From positions 95,170-159,169 of the forward strand of contig NZ_QGGI01000001.1 of assembly GCF_003148465.1 (NCBI RefSeq): DNA of 64,000 nucleotides, in the 5' to 3' direction. Below the pieces are notes generated by a model. That model did not search any database, had not been told where the DNA came from, and worked only from the letters and a program-made list of their open reading frames with translations. Shown here one piece after another: positions 39,807-49,057 of this stretch. This DNA comes from Oceanotoga teriensis (GTDB taxonomy: Bacteria > Thermotogota > Thermotogae > Petrotogales > Petrotogaceae). The first letter of the stretch is position 1. Each line of letters opens with the position of its first letter. Both the position numbers and the translations under genes were made by a program.

Positions 39807-40397
39807 TCACTGTACTGCAAGCATTCCGGAAAAACCCAGAAATGCCATAGCCATAAATCCTATAGTTATTAAAGTTATTCCAGGACCTTTTAATCCATAT
39901 GGAACAGGAGCTTTGTCTACTTTTTTTCTTATTGCTGCCAATGCCATAATAGCAAGCCACCATCCAAGACCGGATCCCAATCCAAAAATAATTGATTGTA
40001 TAAAAGAATAATCTCTTAACTGCATAAATAATGCAACACCTAAAATTGCACAATTAACCGTTATCAATGGCAAGAAGATTCCTAAAGCCATATATAAATT
40101 TTCGGATACTCTTTCTATTATCATTTCAAGAATTTGTACTACAGCTGCAATAACTATTATAAAAACTATATATCTTAAATATTCTAAACCAAAAGGTTCA
40201 AGTATATAATTATAAACTAACCAATTAACTGCAGTTGTTATTGTTAAAACAAAAGTCACTGCCATACCAAGACCATTTGAAGATTTATAATCTTTAGAAA
40301 CTGAAATAAATGAACACATTCCTAAAAAGTTTGAAAGTAAAATATTTGATGTAAATATAGATGCAAAAAATAATACAAAAGGACTTATTTCAGGCAT
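39807..40397 (-). CDS. rnfA: RnfA/NqrE family membrane subunit
   Basis: 196 aa; a six-TM protein with the conserved NCAILG motif. Confidence 0.85.
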   Translation of the reverse strand: MPEISPFVLFFASIFTSNILLSNFLGMCSFISVSKDYKSSNGLGMAVTFVLTITTAVNWLVYNYILEPFGLEYLRYIVFIIVIAAVVQILEMIIERVSENLYMALGIFLPLITVNCAILGVALFMQLRDYSFIQSIIFGLGSGLGWWLAIMALAAIRKKVDKAPVPYGLKGPGITLITIGFMAMAFLGFSGMLAVQ

Positions 40398-40399
40398 AG

Positions 40400-41002
40400 T
40401 TATTCAGCCTCCTTCTTAGACATAATCCCTTTAACAATCCATATAAAAATAGCCAACATAAAAAATGCACTTGGTGGCATAACCATAATCGTCCATTTTA
40501 TAAAATTTTCTGGCATAATTTGAAACCCAAATATAGTACCAAAGCCTAGTAATTCTCTAAAAAAGGCTATAGTAAGTAAAACATACATATATCCAGTACC
40601 TGAAGTTATACCATCCCAAAAAGAAATAAAAGGTTTATTTGATTGTGCAAAAGCTTCAGCTCTTCCCATTATTATACAATTAGTAATTATTAATCCTACA
40701 TAAGGTCCAAGCGCTCTACTTATATCTGGTAAAAAGGCTTTTAAAATTATATCAACAATTATTACATAAAAAGAAATTATTAATGTTTGAACTATCATCC
40801 TCACTTTTCGAGGTATTAATGACTTAATTGAAGAAATTGTAAAATTTGTAAATCCCATAACTAAAATAACTCCTATTGACATTATCAAAGTATTTTCAAG
40901 TCTATTTGTAACTGCTAAAGTAGAACAAATTCCAAGGATTTGAACAAATATGGCATTATTATTCCATAGATTATCCTTTAAGATTGTTTTATATTGAGCC
41001 AT
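40400..41002 (-). CDS. rnfE: RnfE/NqrD family membrane subunit
   Basis: 200 aa; paralogous to the preceding gene, carrying the family [12 protein letters not shown] motif. Confidence 0.85.
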   Translation of the reverse strand: MAQYKTILKDNLWNNNAIFVQILGICSTLAVTNRLENTLIMSIGVILVMGFTNFTISSIKSLIPRKVRMIVQTLIISFYVIIVDIILKAFLPDISRALGPYVGLIITNCIIMGRAEAFAQSNKPFISFWDGITSGTGYMYVLLTIAFFRELLGFGTIFGFQIMPENFIKWTIMVMPPSAFFMLAIFIWIVKGIMSKKEAE

Positions 41003-41613
41003 TATTCATTCACCCCCAATATAGTTTTAATTTTATATATAGTATCATTAGTAATTTTTTGAACAGATTCAGAGGTCCTTGTAGCCCCAGTAATAGAATC
41101 TATTTCACTATTTTCCTTATCTAAATCTCCTTCTCCACCACCAACTATAACTTTTATATTATTATTAATTATTTTTTCATTTTTAAATTGATCTTTAAAC
41201 CATTCTTCTTCAATTCTTCCCCCAAGACCAGGTGTTTCATTATGTGAAATAAAATCTATTCCCAATATTTGACTAACATCAGAATTAACAGCTAATATTC
41301 CAGTTATTGTTCCCCAAAGTCCATTTCCAGTGAATTTAAATCCATAAAATTTCTCATCGTTTTTTTCATATTCATACAAAATTTCATCATTATATTTTTC
41401 TATTTTTATAGTATCTTCATATTTTTCAAAGGCTTCATCATCATTTTCATAAATTATTCCAAAAGCATTAAGAACAGCTTTTCTTTCAAATAATTGTTGA
41501 TTTTTTACTATTTGTTCTTTAGTTAATTCATTTGCAAGTGCTAGAACAAAAACAAAAATAAAAGAAACAATAAATGTAAATATTATTGTATATGATTTAC
41601 TTTGTTTTTTCAT
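41002..41613 (-). CDS. rnfG: RnfG/NqrC family FMN-binding subunit
   Basis: 203 aa; an N-terminal TM anchor and a covalent-FMN site SITGATRTSESV. Confidence 0.75.
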   Translation of the reverse strand: MKKQSKSYTIIFTFIVSFIFVFVLALANELTKEQIVKNQQLFERKAVLNAFGIIYENDDEAFEKYEDTIKIEKYNDEILYEYEKNDEKFYGFKFTGNGLWGTITGILAVNSDVSQILGIDFISHNETPGLGGRIEEEWFKDQFKNEKIINNNIKVIVGGGEGDLDKENSEIDSITGATRTSESVQKITNDTIYKIKTILGVNE

Positions 41614-42497
41614 GATTTCACCTTCTTATTAAATTTAATCTGATCTAATAAAGAAGCAAATGTATTTCCCATTAAAACTGCAAAACTTGTTCCTTCTGAA
41701 AATAATGAAAAAGTTCTAATTAAAACAGCTGAAACACCTATTATAATTCCATAAATCCAATGAGACGAATTCTTTTTTGGCCCTGATACAGGATCAGTTG
41801 CCATAAAAACAGTTACAAACAATAAACTTCCAGACATAACAGCTTCAATTGGAGGCATTGCTCCAGATACATTAAAAAAATAAAGTATGGAACTTAATAT
41901 TAAAGCACTCGAAAAAGTTGATATTATTATTCTCCAACTCGCTGTTTTTGTAACCATTAAATAAATTGCGGCAATTACAATAAGCCATATGGCACTTTCA
42001 CCCATTGATCCAGGTCTTATGCCAAAAAACAAATCGCGAATAGAAAGATTATCTCCCATTCTGAGCATCTCTAAAGGTGTAGCGGTTGAAAGAATATCTG
42101 TTCCAAAATTTCCCGGTTTCATCCAACCAGTTGTCATAACATTCGCAAATGTTATATAAACAAAAAGACGTCCTGTAATTGCAGGATTGAAAATATTTCT
42201 TCCAAATCCTCCATAAACTTCTTTTCCAAATAAAACAGCAAAAATAGAAGCTATTAAGGCTATCCACCAAGGTGTTAAAGGTGGCATTGATAATACTAAT
42301 AACATAGCAGTAACTAAGACAGCTTCGCTAACTTTTTTCTTTCTATTTTTTTCAAAGATGTATTCTACTCCTATACTCGAACCAAAAACTATGGCAGATA
42401 ACATCAATAGTCTCCATCCATATAAATAAAAAGAAAAAATATAGATGGGAATTAAAGAGTATAGCACTCTTCTCATCATTATCTGTTTCTGAAACAT
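41610..42497 (-). CDS. rnfD: RnfD/NqrB family membrane subunit
   Basis: A likely ATG at 42497 (MFQKQ...) follows GGGGGTG. About 295 aa polytopic, with the family motifs GRNIFNPA and VFMATDPVSGP (FMN-attachment region). The first gene of the operon; no rnfC, rnfB or nqrA lies upstream. Confidence 0.8.
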   Translation of the reverse strand: MFQKQIMMRRVLYSLIPIYIFSFYLYGWRLLMLSAIVFGSSIGVEYIFEKNRKKKVSEAVLVTAMLLVLSMPPLTPWWIALIASIFAVLFGKEVYGGFGRNIFNPAITGRLFVYITFANVMTTGWMKPGNFGTDILSTATPLEMLRMGDNLSIRDLFFGIRPGSMGESAIWLIVIAAIYLMVTKTASWRIIISTFSSALILSSILYFFNVSGAMPPIEAVMSGSLLFVTVFMATDPVSGPKKNSSHWIYGIIIGVSAVLIRTFSLFSEGTSFAVLMGNTFASLLDQIKFNKKVKS

Positions 42498-42682
42498 GAG
42501 ATGCACCCCCGAATGTTAATATTTTTTTATTAAATCCCATTATATTTTAACACAAAAAGCATAATTTATCAACATTACATTAAATAATGACCCATAAAAA
42601 CGAATAATTTATCAATTTTATTATTATATTAAAAAATAAATTCTGTTATAATTGTAATACATAATATTAAGAGGTGATAGCT

Positions 42683-43900
42683 TTGCAAAATTTAGTGGAT
42701 AGATTTTTAAAATATATCAAAATATATACAACATCTGATGAGAATTCAGATACAATTCCTTCAACAAAAAGACAATTAGTTCTTGCCGAAGAATTAAAAA
42801 AAGAATTGATTGAAATAGGTTTAGATGAAGTATCGCTTGATGAAAATGGTTATTTGATGGCGACTATACCTTCAAATATAGAGAAAAATTGTCCTGTAAT
42901 AGGATTTATAGCCCATATGGATACATCTCCAGATATGTCTGGAGAAAATGTGAAATCTAAAATTATAAATTATAATGGTGAAAAAATTATTTTAAATGCT
43001 GAAAAAAATATTTATTTAGATCCAAAAGATTTTCCATCATTAAATGATTATAATGGAAAAACAATCATAACAACAGATGGAACAACTTTACTAGGTGCCG
43101 ATGATAAAGCAGGAATTGCTGAAATAATTACAGCTTCGGAAATATTATTAAAATCTGATATAAAACATGGAAAAATAAGAATATGTTTTACCCCAGATGA
43201 AGAAATAGGTAGAGGAGCAGATTTTTTTGATGTGAAAAAATTTGGAGCAGATTTTGCTTATACTATTGATGGAGGACCTCTTGGAGAACTTGAATCTGAA
43301 AATTTTAATGCAGCAAGTGCTAAATTTTATATTCAAGGTAAAAATGTACATCCTGGAACAGCTAAAGATCAGATGATTAATTCTATACTAATAGCAAATG
43401 AATTGATATCTTTATTTCCAAAAAATGAAAGACCTGAAAATACCGAAAAATATGAAGGTTTTTTTCATATAAATGATATTAATGGTTCTGTAGAGAAAAC
43501 TACTTTAAATATGATAATAAGAGATCATGATAAAGAATTATTTGAACAAAAAAAAGATTTTGTTCAAAAAGTTGTTGAAAAAATAAATAAAAAATATTCT
43601 AATGCTATCAAATTAGAATTAAAAGATAGTTATTACAATATGAAAGAAATAATTGAAAAAAATCCTCATATAATGGATTTGGCAAAAAAAGCTTTTTTAA
43701 ATTGTGATGTAACTCCTAATATAAAACCTATAAGAGGCGGAACTGATGGTGCAAGACTATCATTTATAGGTCTCCCATGTCCTAATATATTCACTGGAGG
43801 ACATAATTTCCATGGAAAATATGAATACGTTGTAATCGAATCTATGGAAAAAGCTGTTCAAATAATAGTAGAAATTGCTAAATTAAATACTGAATTTTAA
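42683..43900 (+). CDS. pepT: Peptidase T (tripeptide aminopeptidase, M20B)
   Basis: About 405 aa; LVDRFLKYIKIYTTSDENS, the metal ligands HMDT and DDKAG, EEIGRGA. The start is TTG 42683 or GTG 42674. Confidence 0.8.
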   Translation: MQNLVDRFLKYIKIYTTSDENSDTIPSTKRQLVLAEELKKELIEIGLDEVSLDENGYLMATIPSNIEKNCPVIGFIAHMDTSPDMSGENVKSKIINYNGEKIILNAEKNIYLDPKDFPSLNDYNGKTIITTDGTTLLGADDKAGIAEIITASEILLKSDIKHGKIRICFTPDEEIGRGADFFDVKKFGADFAYTIDGGPLGELESENFNAASAKFYIQGKNVHPGTAKDQMINSILIANELISLFPKNERPENTEKYEGFFHINDINGSVEKTTLNMIIRDHDKELFEQKKDFVQKVVEKINKKYSNAIKLELKDSYYNMKEIIEKNPHIMDLAKKAFLNCDVTPNIKPIRGGTDGARLSFIGLPCPNIFTGGHNFHGKYEYVVIESMEKAVQIIVEIAKLNTEF

Positions 43901-43906
43901 GTAAAA

Positions 43907-43943
43907 AGAATAGTTGGAATCAACCAACTATTCTTTTTATTTT
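43907..43943. terminator. Bidirectional terminator between convergent pepT and iorB
   Basis: AAGAATAGTTGG-aatcaa-CCAACTATTCTT followed by TTTATTTT. Confidence 0.55.
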
Positions 43944-44502
43944 ATTCAAATATTCTAAGATTTTTTTCTAATGCATATTCTGGTAAAAGATCTTTTAAAG
44001 CTTTTAAATAATCTTCTCTTTTTATATATTTTATAATTTCATTATTTTTTATTTCATTTAAAACAACAACATTTTGCATTCTTGCATCTTCAAGATTTTC
44101 ATCAAATACTCTGTAAACTTTTATATTTCTTTCTTTACAAATTTTATTTATATCTTCATTAGTAATTTCTTTATCTTTTCCTAAACGAACAGAAAGTGTT
44201 TGCCAAGATGTATCATAATATATTAAACTTCCACCATCTTTTAAAAACTCATTTACTCCCCTTAAGGCTTCGGTTCTTTCAAGAGAAATAACTATGTCTG
44301 CATATCCTTTTTTTATTAGAGCCGAATGTATTCCTTCTCCTATTCTAACATGTGATTGTACAGTTCCTCCTCTTTGTGCAAGTCCATGTGTATCAACTCC
44401 CATAACTGGAAGTCCAGCATAATCTGCTGCTCTAATGATAACTTCACTTAATAATCCTATTCCTTGTCCTCCTACACCTATTATATATATATTTTGTCTC
44501 AT
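43942..44502 (-). CDS. iorB: Indolepyruvate:ferredoxin oxidoreductase beta subunit
   Basis: 186 aa; IIGVGGQGIGL...HGLAQRGGTVQSHVRIG, the pyruvate/ketoisovalerate oxidoreductase gamma-type domain. Confidence 0.8.
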   Translation of the reverse strand: MRQNIYIIGVGGQGIGLLSEVIIRAADYAGLPVMGVDTHGLAQRGGTVQSHVRIGEGIHSALIKKGYADIVISLERTEALRGVNEFLKDGGSLIYYDTSWQTLSVRLGKDKEITNEDINKICKERNIKVYRVFDENLEDARMQNVVVLNEIKNNEIIKYIKREDYLKALKDLLPEYALEKNLRIFE

Positions 44503-44514
44503 ATTTATCCCTCC

Positions 44515-46383
44515 TTAATTATTTTTGGGTTTTATTGCTGAAGTTGGACAAGTTTGAATACAAGAACCATCCCCAATACAAAGATCTTCATGAACCCATA
44601 TATTTCCTTTATCATCTTTTTGAAAAGAAGGACAAGCAAAATCTTCTATACAATAATTAGAATTATTACATATATTTTGATCAATAAATACATGTCTATT
44701 TTTATAAGTTCCTTTTTTTCTCTGTTCTCTTGTAAATTTCAACATACAAGGATGTTTAGCTATAACTACTTTTAATCCTTTTATTTTTGAGGTCTTTTTT
44801 ATTATTTCAAAAAGTTTGTTTTGAGAATATGCATCAACTTCAAATATATTTTCAACACCTATTCCTTCTAAAACTTTTTTCAATGGTATTTCTTTAGTCT
44901 TTTCATTAAAATTACTTCCAACCGCTGGATGATCTTGATGACCAGTCATAGCTGTTGTACCATTTTCCATTATTATTAATGTAAGATTATGTTGATTAAA
45001 AACAGCATTTATTATTCCTGGTATTGCTGCATGGAAAAAAGTTGAATCTCCTAAAAAAGATACTATATTTCTTTTTTCATTAAACAATGAAAGTCCTGAT
45101 CCTGTAGATATTGAATGTCCCATCGATAATAACACTTCACCCATTTCATATGGTGGAAGATATCCAAGTGTATGGCATCCTATATCAGCAACTGTTATAT
45201 CTTCAGAATTTAAAGCTTTTTTTATAGCATAAAACGCTGATCTGTGTCCACATCCAGGACACATTTGAGCTGGTCTTTTTGGTACATTTATTTTTTTATT
45301 TATATTTATACTTTGAAAAATTTCTGGCCATGTATTATTCATTATTTCTTGAACTTTATCTGGAGTATATTCACCTATAAATTCATTGATATCAAATTTA
45401 CCCATTATTTTAGTATATATTTTGTTATCATAAGCTATTCTTTTTATATTTGTTTCAAGAATATCATCGAGTTCCTCTAAAATTTTTATTTCATCATGAC
45501 TATTTAAAAACGATTTTATTATTCCTTCTTCTAATGGGTAAACAACTCCAAGCTTTAATATATCAGGTTTATCTTCAACTTCTTCAAGTACATCAAGTAA
45601 AGATAAATATGGAACTCCCATTGTTATAATTCCTTTTTTGGAATTATTATTAAACAATTTATTTATATTTTTTTCAGAAGTTAGTTTTTTAAATTCATTC
45701 AATTTTAATAAAGCATTTTTTTTCATATTAAATACTTCAGAAGTTATAGGTATATAAGGTCCATTTTTTTTATCAAATTTTGATTGTTTAGAAATATTTT
45801 TTATTTCATATTTTTTAAAATGAACTTTTTGTTTAGCATGACAAACATGCGTAGTAAGTCTCAAAATGACTGGCATTTTCATTTTTTTAGAAATTTTTGT
45901 TGCTTCAATATACATTTCATATGCTTCTTGAGGAGTTGAAGGTTCTAATACTGGTATATATGTCATTTCAGCATAATGTCTATTATCTTGTTCATTTTGA
46001 GAAGAATTAGCTCCCGGATCATCACCTAAAATAATTACCATTCCACCTATCAACTCTAATAATGCCAATTGAACAAATGAATCAGCAGCTACGTTGAGAC
46101 CTACAGATTTAAAAAATACTGTTGATAAATGCCCATTAACACTAGCGCCAAATGAAACTTCAGTTGCTACTTTTTCATTTGTAGAAAATTCAAAATAAAA
46201 AGGCCTTTTTTCAGATTTAATACTTGAAATTGCAGTCGCAATTTCAGGTGTTGGCGAACCTGGATAAGAAGTTACTATTTCTGTCCCAGCTTCTATCATT
46301 GCTCTAACAATGGCTGTATTTCCTATAACAATCTCGGAAAAATTTTCATTTCTTAAGAGCATATCCCCCATTTTTTTCATTTT
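44515..46383 (-). CDS. iorA: Indolepyruvate:ferredoxin oxidoreductase alpha subunit (TPP-binding, C-terminal 4Fe-4S clusters)
   Basis: AAGGGGGA then ATG at 46383 (MKKMGDMLL); the track ORF starts at 46437. A TPP fold (GCHTLG, GDSTFFH) and a C-terminal CxxCxxC...CP ferredoxin motif. Confidence 0.85.
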   Translation of the reverse strand, partial: KMKKMGDMLLRNENFSEIVIGNTAIVRAMIEAGTEIVTSYPGSPTPEIATAISSIKSEKRPFYFEFSTNEKVATEVSFGASVNGHLSTVFFKSVGLNVAADSFVQLALLELIGGMVIILGDDPGANSSQNEQDNRHYAEMTYIPVLEPSTPQEAYEMYIEATKISKKMKMPVILRLTTHVCHAKQKVHFKKYEIKNISKQSKFDKKNGPYIPITSEVFNMKKNALLKLNEFKKLTSEKNINKLFNNNSKKGIITMGVPYLSLLDVLEEVEDKPDILKLGVVYPLEEGIIKSFLNSHDEIKILEELDDILETNIKRIAYDNKIYTKIMGKFDINEFIGEYTPDKVQEIMNNTWPEIFQSININKKINVPKRPAQMCPGCGHRSAFYAIKKALNSEDITVADIGCHTLGYLPPYEMGEVLLSMGHSISTGSGLSLFNEKRNIVSFLGDSTFFHAAIPGIINAVFNQHNLTLIIMENGTTAMTGHQDHPAVGSNFNEKTKEIPLKKVLEGIGVENIFEVDAYSQNKLFEIIKKTSKIKGLKVVIAKHPCMLKFTREQRKKGTYKNRHVFIDQNICNNSNYCIEDFACPSFQKDDKGNIWVHEDLCIGDGSCIQTCPTSAIKPKNN

Positions 46384-46396
46384 TATTCCCCCTTTG

Positions 46397-47494
46397 TCAA
46401 TATTTATATTCTTCAAGAAGATATTCATAATCATCAAACCAAAATGCTCTTGGATTTCTTTTATATATCATAAATTTATTTTTATTTTCTTCTTTATTAG
46501 CTCTATGGTATTTAAACATTATTTTATCTTTTGTAATTCCACTTATTTCTATTTTTCCTGTTTCATGAGACATGACAAATTTTGGCCTTTTTGCAAGACC
46601 TGATATTTCTTCAAGAGCTTTTAAAAAATTTATATATCCTTTTTCAACTTCTAATGCAAAAGGTTTATTACCCATTACAGGTCTATTTTGAAAAACATAG
46701 TATGGTGGGACTCCAATATAAGATAGTTTTTGGAATAATTTTTTTAATGTTTTTACATCATCATTTATTCCTTTAAGTATAGGTGTTTGATTTACAACTT
46801 GTGCACCATTCTTTAATAAAATATCTATGGATTTAATAGTATAATGTGTAATTTCATTGGGATGGTTTATATGAAGCATAAAATATAATCTTTTTTCTGG
46901 AGTAGAATAATTTTGAATTAAACTATGTAAAGTTTCATCTTCAATAATTCTAAAAGGATAAAATGCAGGTAATTTTGTTCCTATTCTTATTATTTTAATA
47001 TGATCTATATCTCTCAACTTTTTTATTATATCATTCAATTTTTTTGTAGATAATAAAAGCGGATCTCCGCCTGTCAATAAAACATTAGTAATTTCTTTAT
47101 TTTCTTCTATATATCTTAAATCTGTAGTTATATCTCTCGTTACTTCATCACCTATATTTATGAATAATCTTTTTCTAAAACAAAATCTACAAAATCCACC
47201 ACATAAATCGTTTATAAGCAATAAAACAGTATCTTTATATTTATGCTGCAATCCTTTGGATATAGTATAAGAATATTCTTTTGAAGCATCTTCAATACCC
47301 CATTCATCTAATTCTGAATACTGTGGAATAATAATCTTTCTTATTGGATCATTTTCATCTTTCCAGTCTATAAGTGATAAATAATATTCATTAGATCTAA
47401 ATTTGTATTTTTTTGATACCTCTTTTAATTTTTCTAATTTCTCTTTAGATATATACTTCATATTATCAAGTTTATGTATATAATTTACTTTCAA
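46397..47494 (-). CDS. KamA-family radical SAM protein (lysine 2,3-aminomutase-like)
   Basis: 365 aa; the cluster motif CGGFCRFCFRKR (Cx3Cx2C) and the family motif LLTGGDPLLL. Confidence 0.7.
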   Translation of the reverse strand: MKVNYIHKLDNMKYISKEKLEKLKEVSKKYKFRSNEYYLSLIDWKDENDPIRKIIIPQYSELDEWGIEDASKEYSYTISKGLQHKYKDTVLLLINDLCGGFCRFCFRKRLFINIGDEVTRDITTDLRYIEENKEITNVLLTGGDPLLLSTKKLNDIIKKLRDIDHIKIIRIGTKLPAFYPFRIIEDETLHSLIQNYSTPEKRLYFMLHINHPNEITHYTIKSIDILLKNGAQVVNQTPILKGINDDVKTLKKLFQKLSYIGVPPYYVFQNRPVMGNKPFALEVEKGYINFLKALEEISGLAKRPKFVMSHETGKIEISGITKDKIMFKYHRANKEENKNKFMIYKRNPRAFWFDDYEYLLEEYKY

Positions 47495-47527
47495 AAAAAT
47501 CCCCCCTTAATTAGTAAAAGAAAATAA

Positions 47528-48010
47528 TCAATCTAAATATTTAGATATTAGATCGATTACTTCTTCACTTAATTTTTTTAATAATATAGGATATACTGTT
47601 GAAAAAATAGAATATAATATTGAAGTTATATACATGAAGAATTCTGAATTAATTTTATTAGGAAGTTTTAGTCCAAAAAAATTAATCATCAATAGAAAAC
47701 TAATAAAAGTTGTTAATATTATGATTATATTTTTCAGGATTTTTTTATTTACAGTTTTATAAATAAAAACTGGTAAAAATATTAATAATAAAATACCTAT
47801 ACTTTCAATGACAAAACCAGAAATAAATATTAAAAACAAAAAAACAAATGTATATATTAATGAATATCTTAAGCTTAAAAAGAATATCGGCATAGGCATG
47901 ATAAAACTTATAATATTAGGAGCTATTTTTAAATATTTTAAAGATATAAATAATATATAAAAAAGCCCCGCTAATATAGATGTTTTTATAATTTCATTTT
48001 TTATTTTCAT
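47528..48010 (-). CDS. Hypothetical polytopic membrane protein
   Basis: 160 aa, 4-5 TM helices; lies between the Cys-rich small protein and the KamA-like gene. Confidence 0.35.
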   Translation of the reverse strand: MKIKNEIIKTSILAGLFYILFISLKYLKIAPNIISFIMPMPIFFLSLRYSLIYTFVFLFLIFISGFVIESIGILLLIFLPVFIYKTVNKKILKNIIIILTTFISFLLMINFFGLKLPNKINSEFFMYITSILYSIFSTVYPILLKKLSEEVIDLISKYLD

Positions 48011-48016
48011 ATCATA

Positions 48017-48253
48017 TCAAAAGAAACTACAAATATCTCCACCCATACATTCACATAATGTATCGGCACATACCAAACCACCTAAACATTGTAAACATTC
48101 ACCACAATCATTTCTTCTATAAGTATAGTATCCAGCCTTAAATTCATTAACTTTGCTTTTAAGCTCTTCATCTTTTTTATATTCATCATATAGGTCTTTA
48201 AATTGACCATTTAATATCTTGTTTTTCACATCTTTCATTATTTTCCCCTCCAT
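48017..48253 (-). CDS. Cysteine-rich small protein (7 Cys in the last 27 residues)
   Basis: 73-78 aa; a Lys/Glu-rich N-terminal half, then NDCGECLQCLGGLVCADTLCECMGGDICSFF. Its 5' end overlaps the upstream ORF in another frame; the real start may be MKDVKNK at 48238. Confidence 0.4.
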   Translation of the reverse strand: MEGKIMKDVKNKILNGQFKDLYDEYKKDEELKSKVNEFKAGYYTYRRNDCGECLQCLGGLVCADTLCECMGGDICSFF

Positions 48254-49055
48254 TTAATATAGAAGTTATTTTATATCTATGATAATTGATAGAAAAACTT
48301 AAGAGTTTTTTAACTAAATGTTTATTATGTAAAGTGTATTTTTCATATTCTTCCATAATATCCATTGAACATAGATCATAAGTAAATAAAAGTCTTTCTT
48401 TATCATTAATTTCTAATTCTTGTAAATCTTTAATATCAAAAGAATTTGAAATAGCATTAAATTTTTTTCTTTTAATATCTTTAGAAAAATCATAAATTGA
48501 ATCAACTATATAAATCAAAGTACCTATACTTACTGGCAATGTTGCATTTTGAGCATTAAAAAATTTCTTAAATAATAAGTTCATCAAAAGTTGTGTCGGT
48601 TTTGCATAACAGTCTATATCTAGTCTTGATTTTTCTATTTCATCTTGATATTCCATTAATTTTTCATATTCACATAAAAAATTATTATCATATTCATTTG
48701 AAAGTTTTTCTTTTATTTTTTTTAAAAATTTTAAAGAAATTGGATATCCTTCAAGTTTATAATCTATAAGTTTACCATATATAATTAACAGATTCAAATA
48801 TGAATATTTGTCTAAAAATTCCATTTGATTTGGTCTATATCTCGTTCCAAATTTCATCCATGGACATTTGAATTCTTTTATATCTTTTGTTTCATTTTGC
48901 ATAATAGAAAAAAGAACAACTTCTTTTATTATAGTTGGTCTATATAAATTACCAAAATTTGCCTTTAAATTATGACACATTCCACAATAATGATATAAAT
49001 AATTTCTTCTTTCTTCTTCACTTGGCTTAAAATAAATAGAAATATATCCGTACAT
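48198..49055 (-). CDS. Hypothetical protein (HYCGMCH motif)
   Basis: 285 aa; no recognised family. A possible metal-binding motif HYCGMCH sits near the N-terminus. Confidence 0.4.
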   Translation of the reverse strand: MYGYISIYFKPSEEERRNYLYHYCGMCHNLKANFGNLYRPTIIKEVVLFSIMQNETKDIKEFKCPWMKFGTRYRPNQMEFLDKYSYLNLLIIYGKLIDYKLEGYPISLKFLKKIKEKLSNEYDNNFLCEYEKLMEYQDEIEKSRLDIDCYAKPTQLLMNLLFKKFFNAQNATLPVSIGTLIYIVDSIYDFSKDIKRKKFNAISNSFDIKDLQELEINDKERLLFTYDLCSMDIMEEYEKYTLHNKHLVKKLLSFSINYHRYKITSILNGGENNERCEKQDIKWSI

Positions 49056-49057
49056 AT

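Noticed and set aside
39802-40053. 83-aa Cys/Tyr/Arg-rich ORF on the minus strand
   Set aside because: It lies entirely inside rnfA in an alternative frame. Its composition is odd and it has no RBS, so it is spurious.
46384-46437. 18-codon N-terminal extension (MMIMNIFLKNINIDKGGIK) on iorA that would overlap the KamA-like gene
   Set aside because: AAGGGGGA then ATG at 46383 gives the conserved IorA N-terminus. The extension has no RBS and is AT-rich filler.
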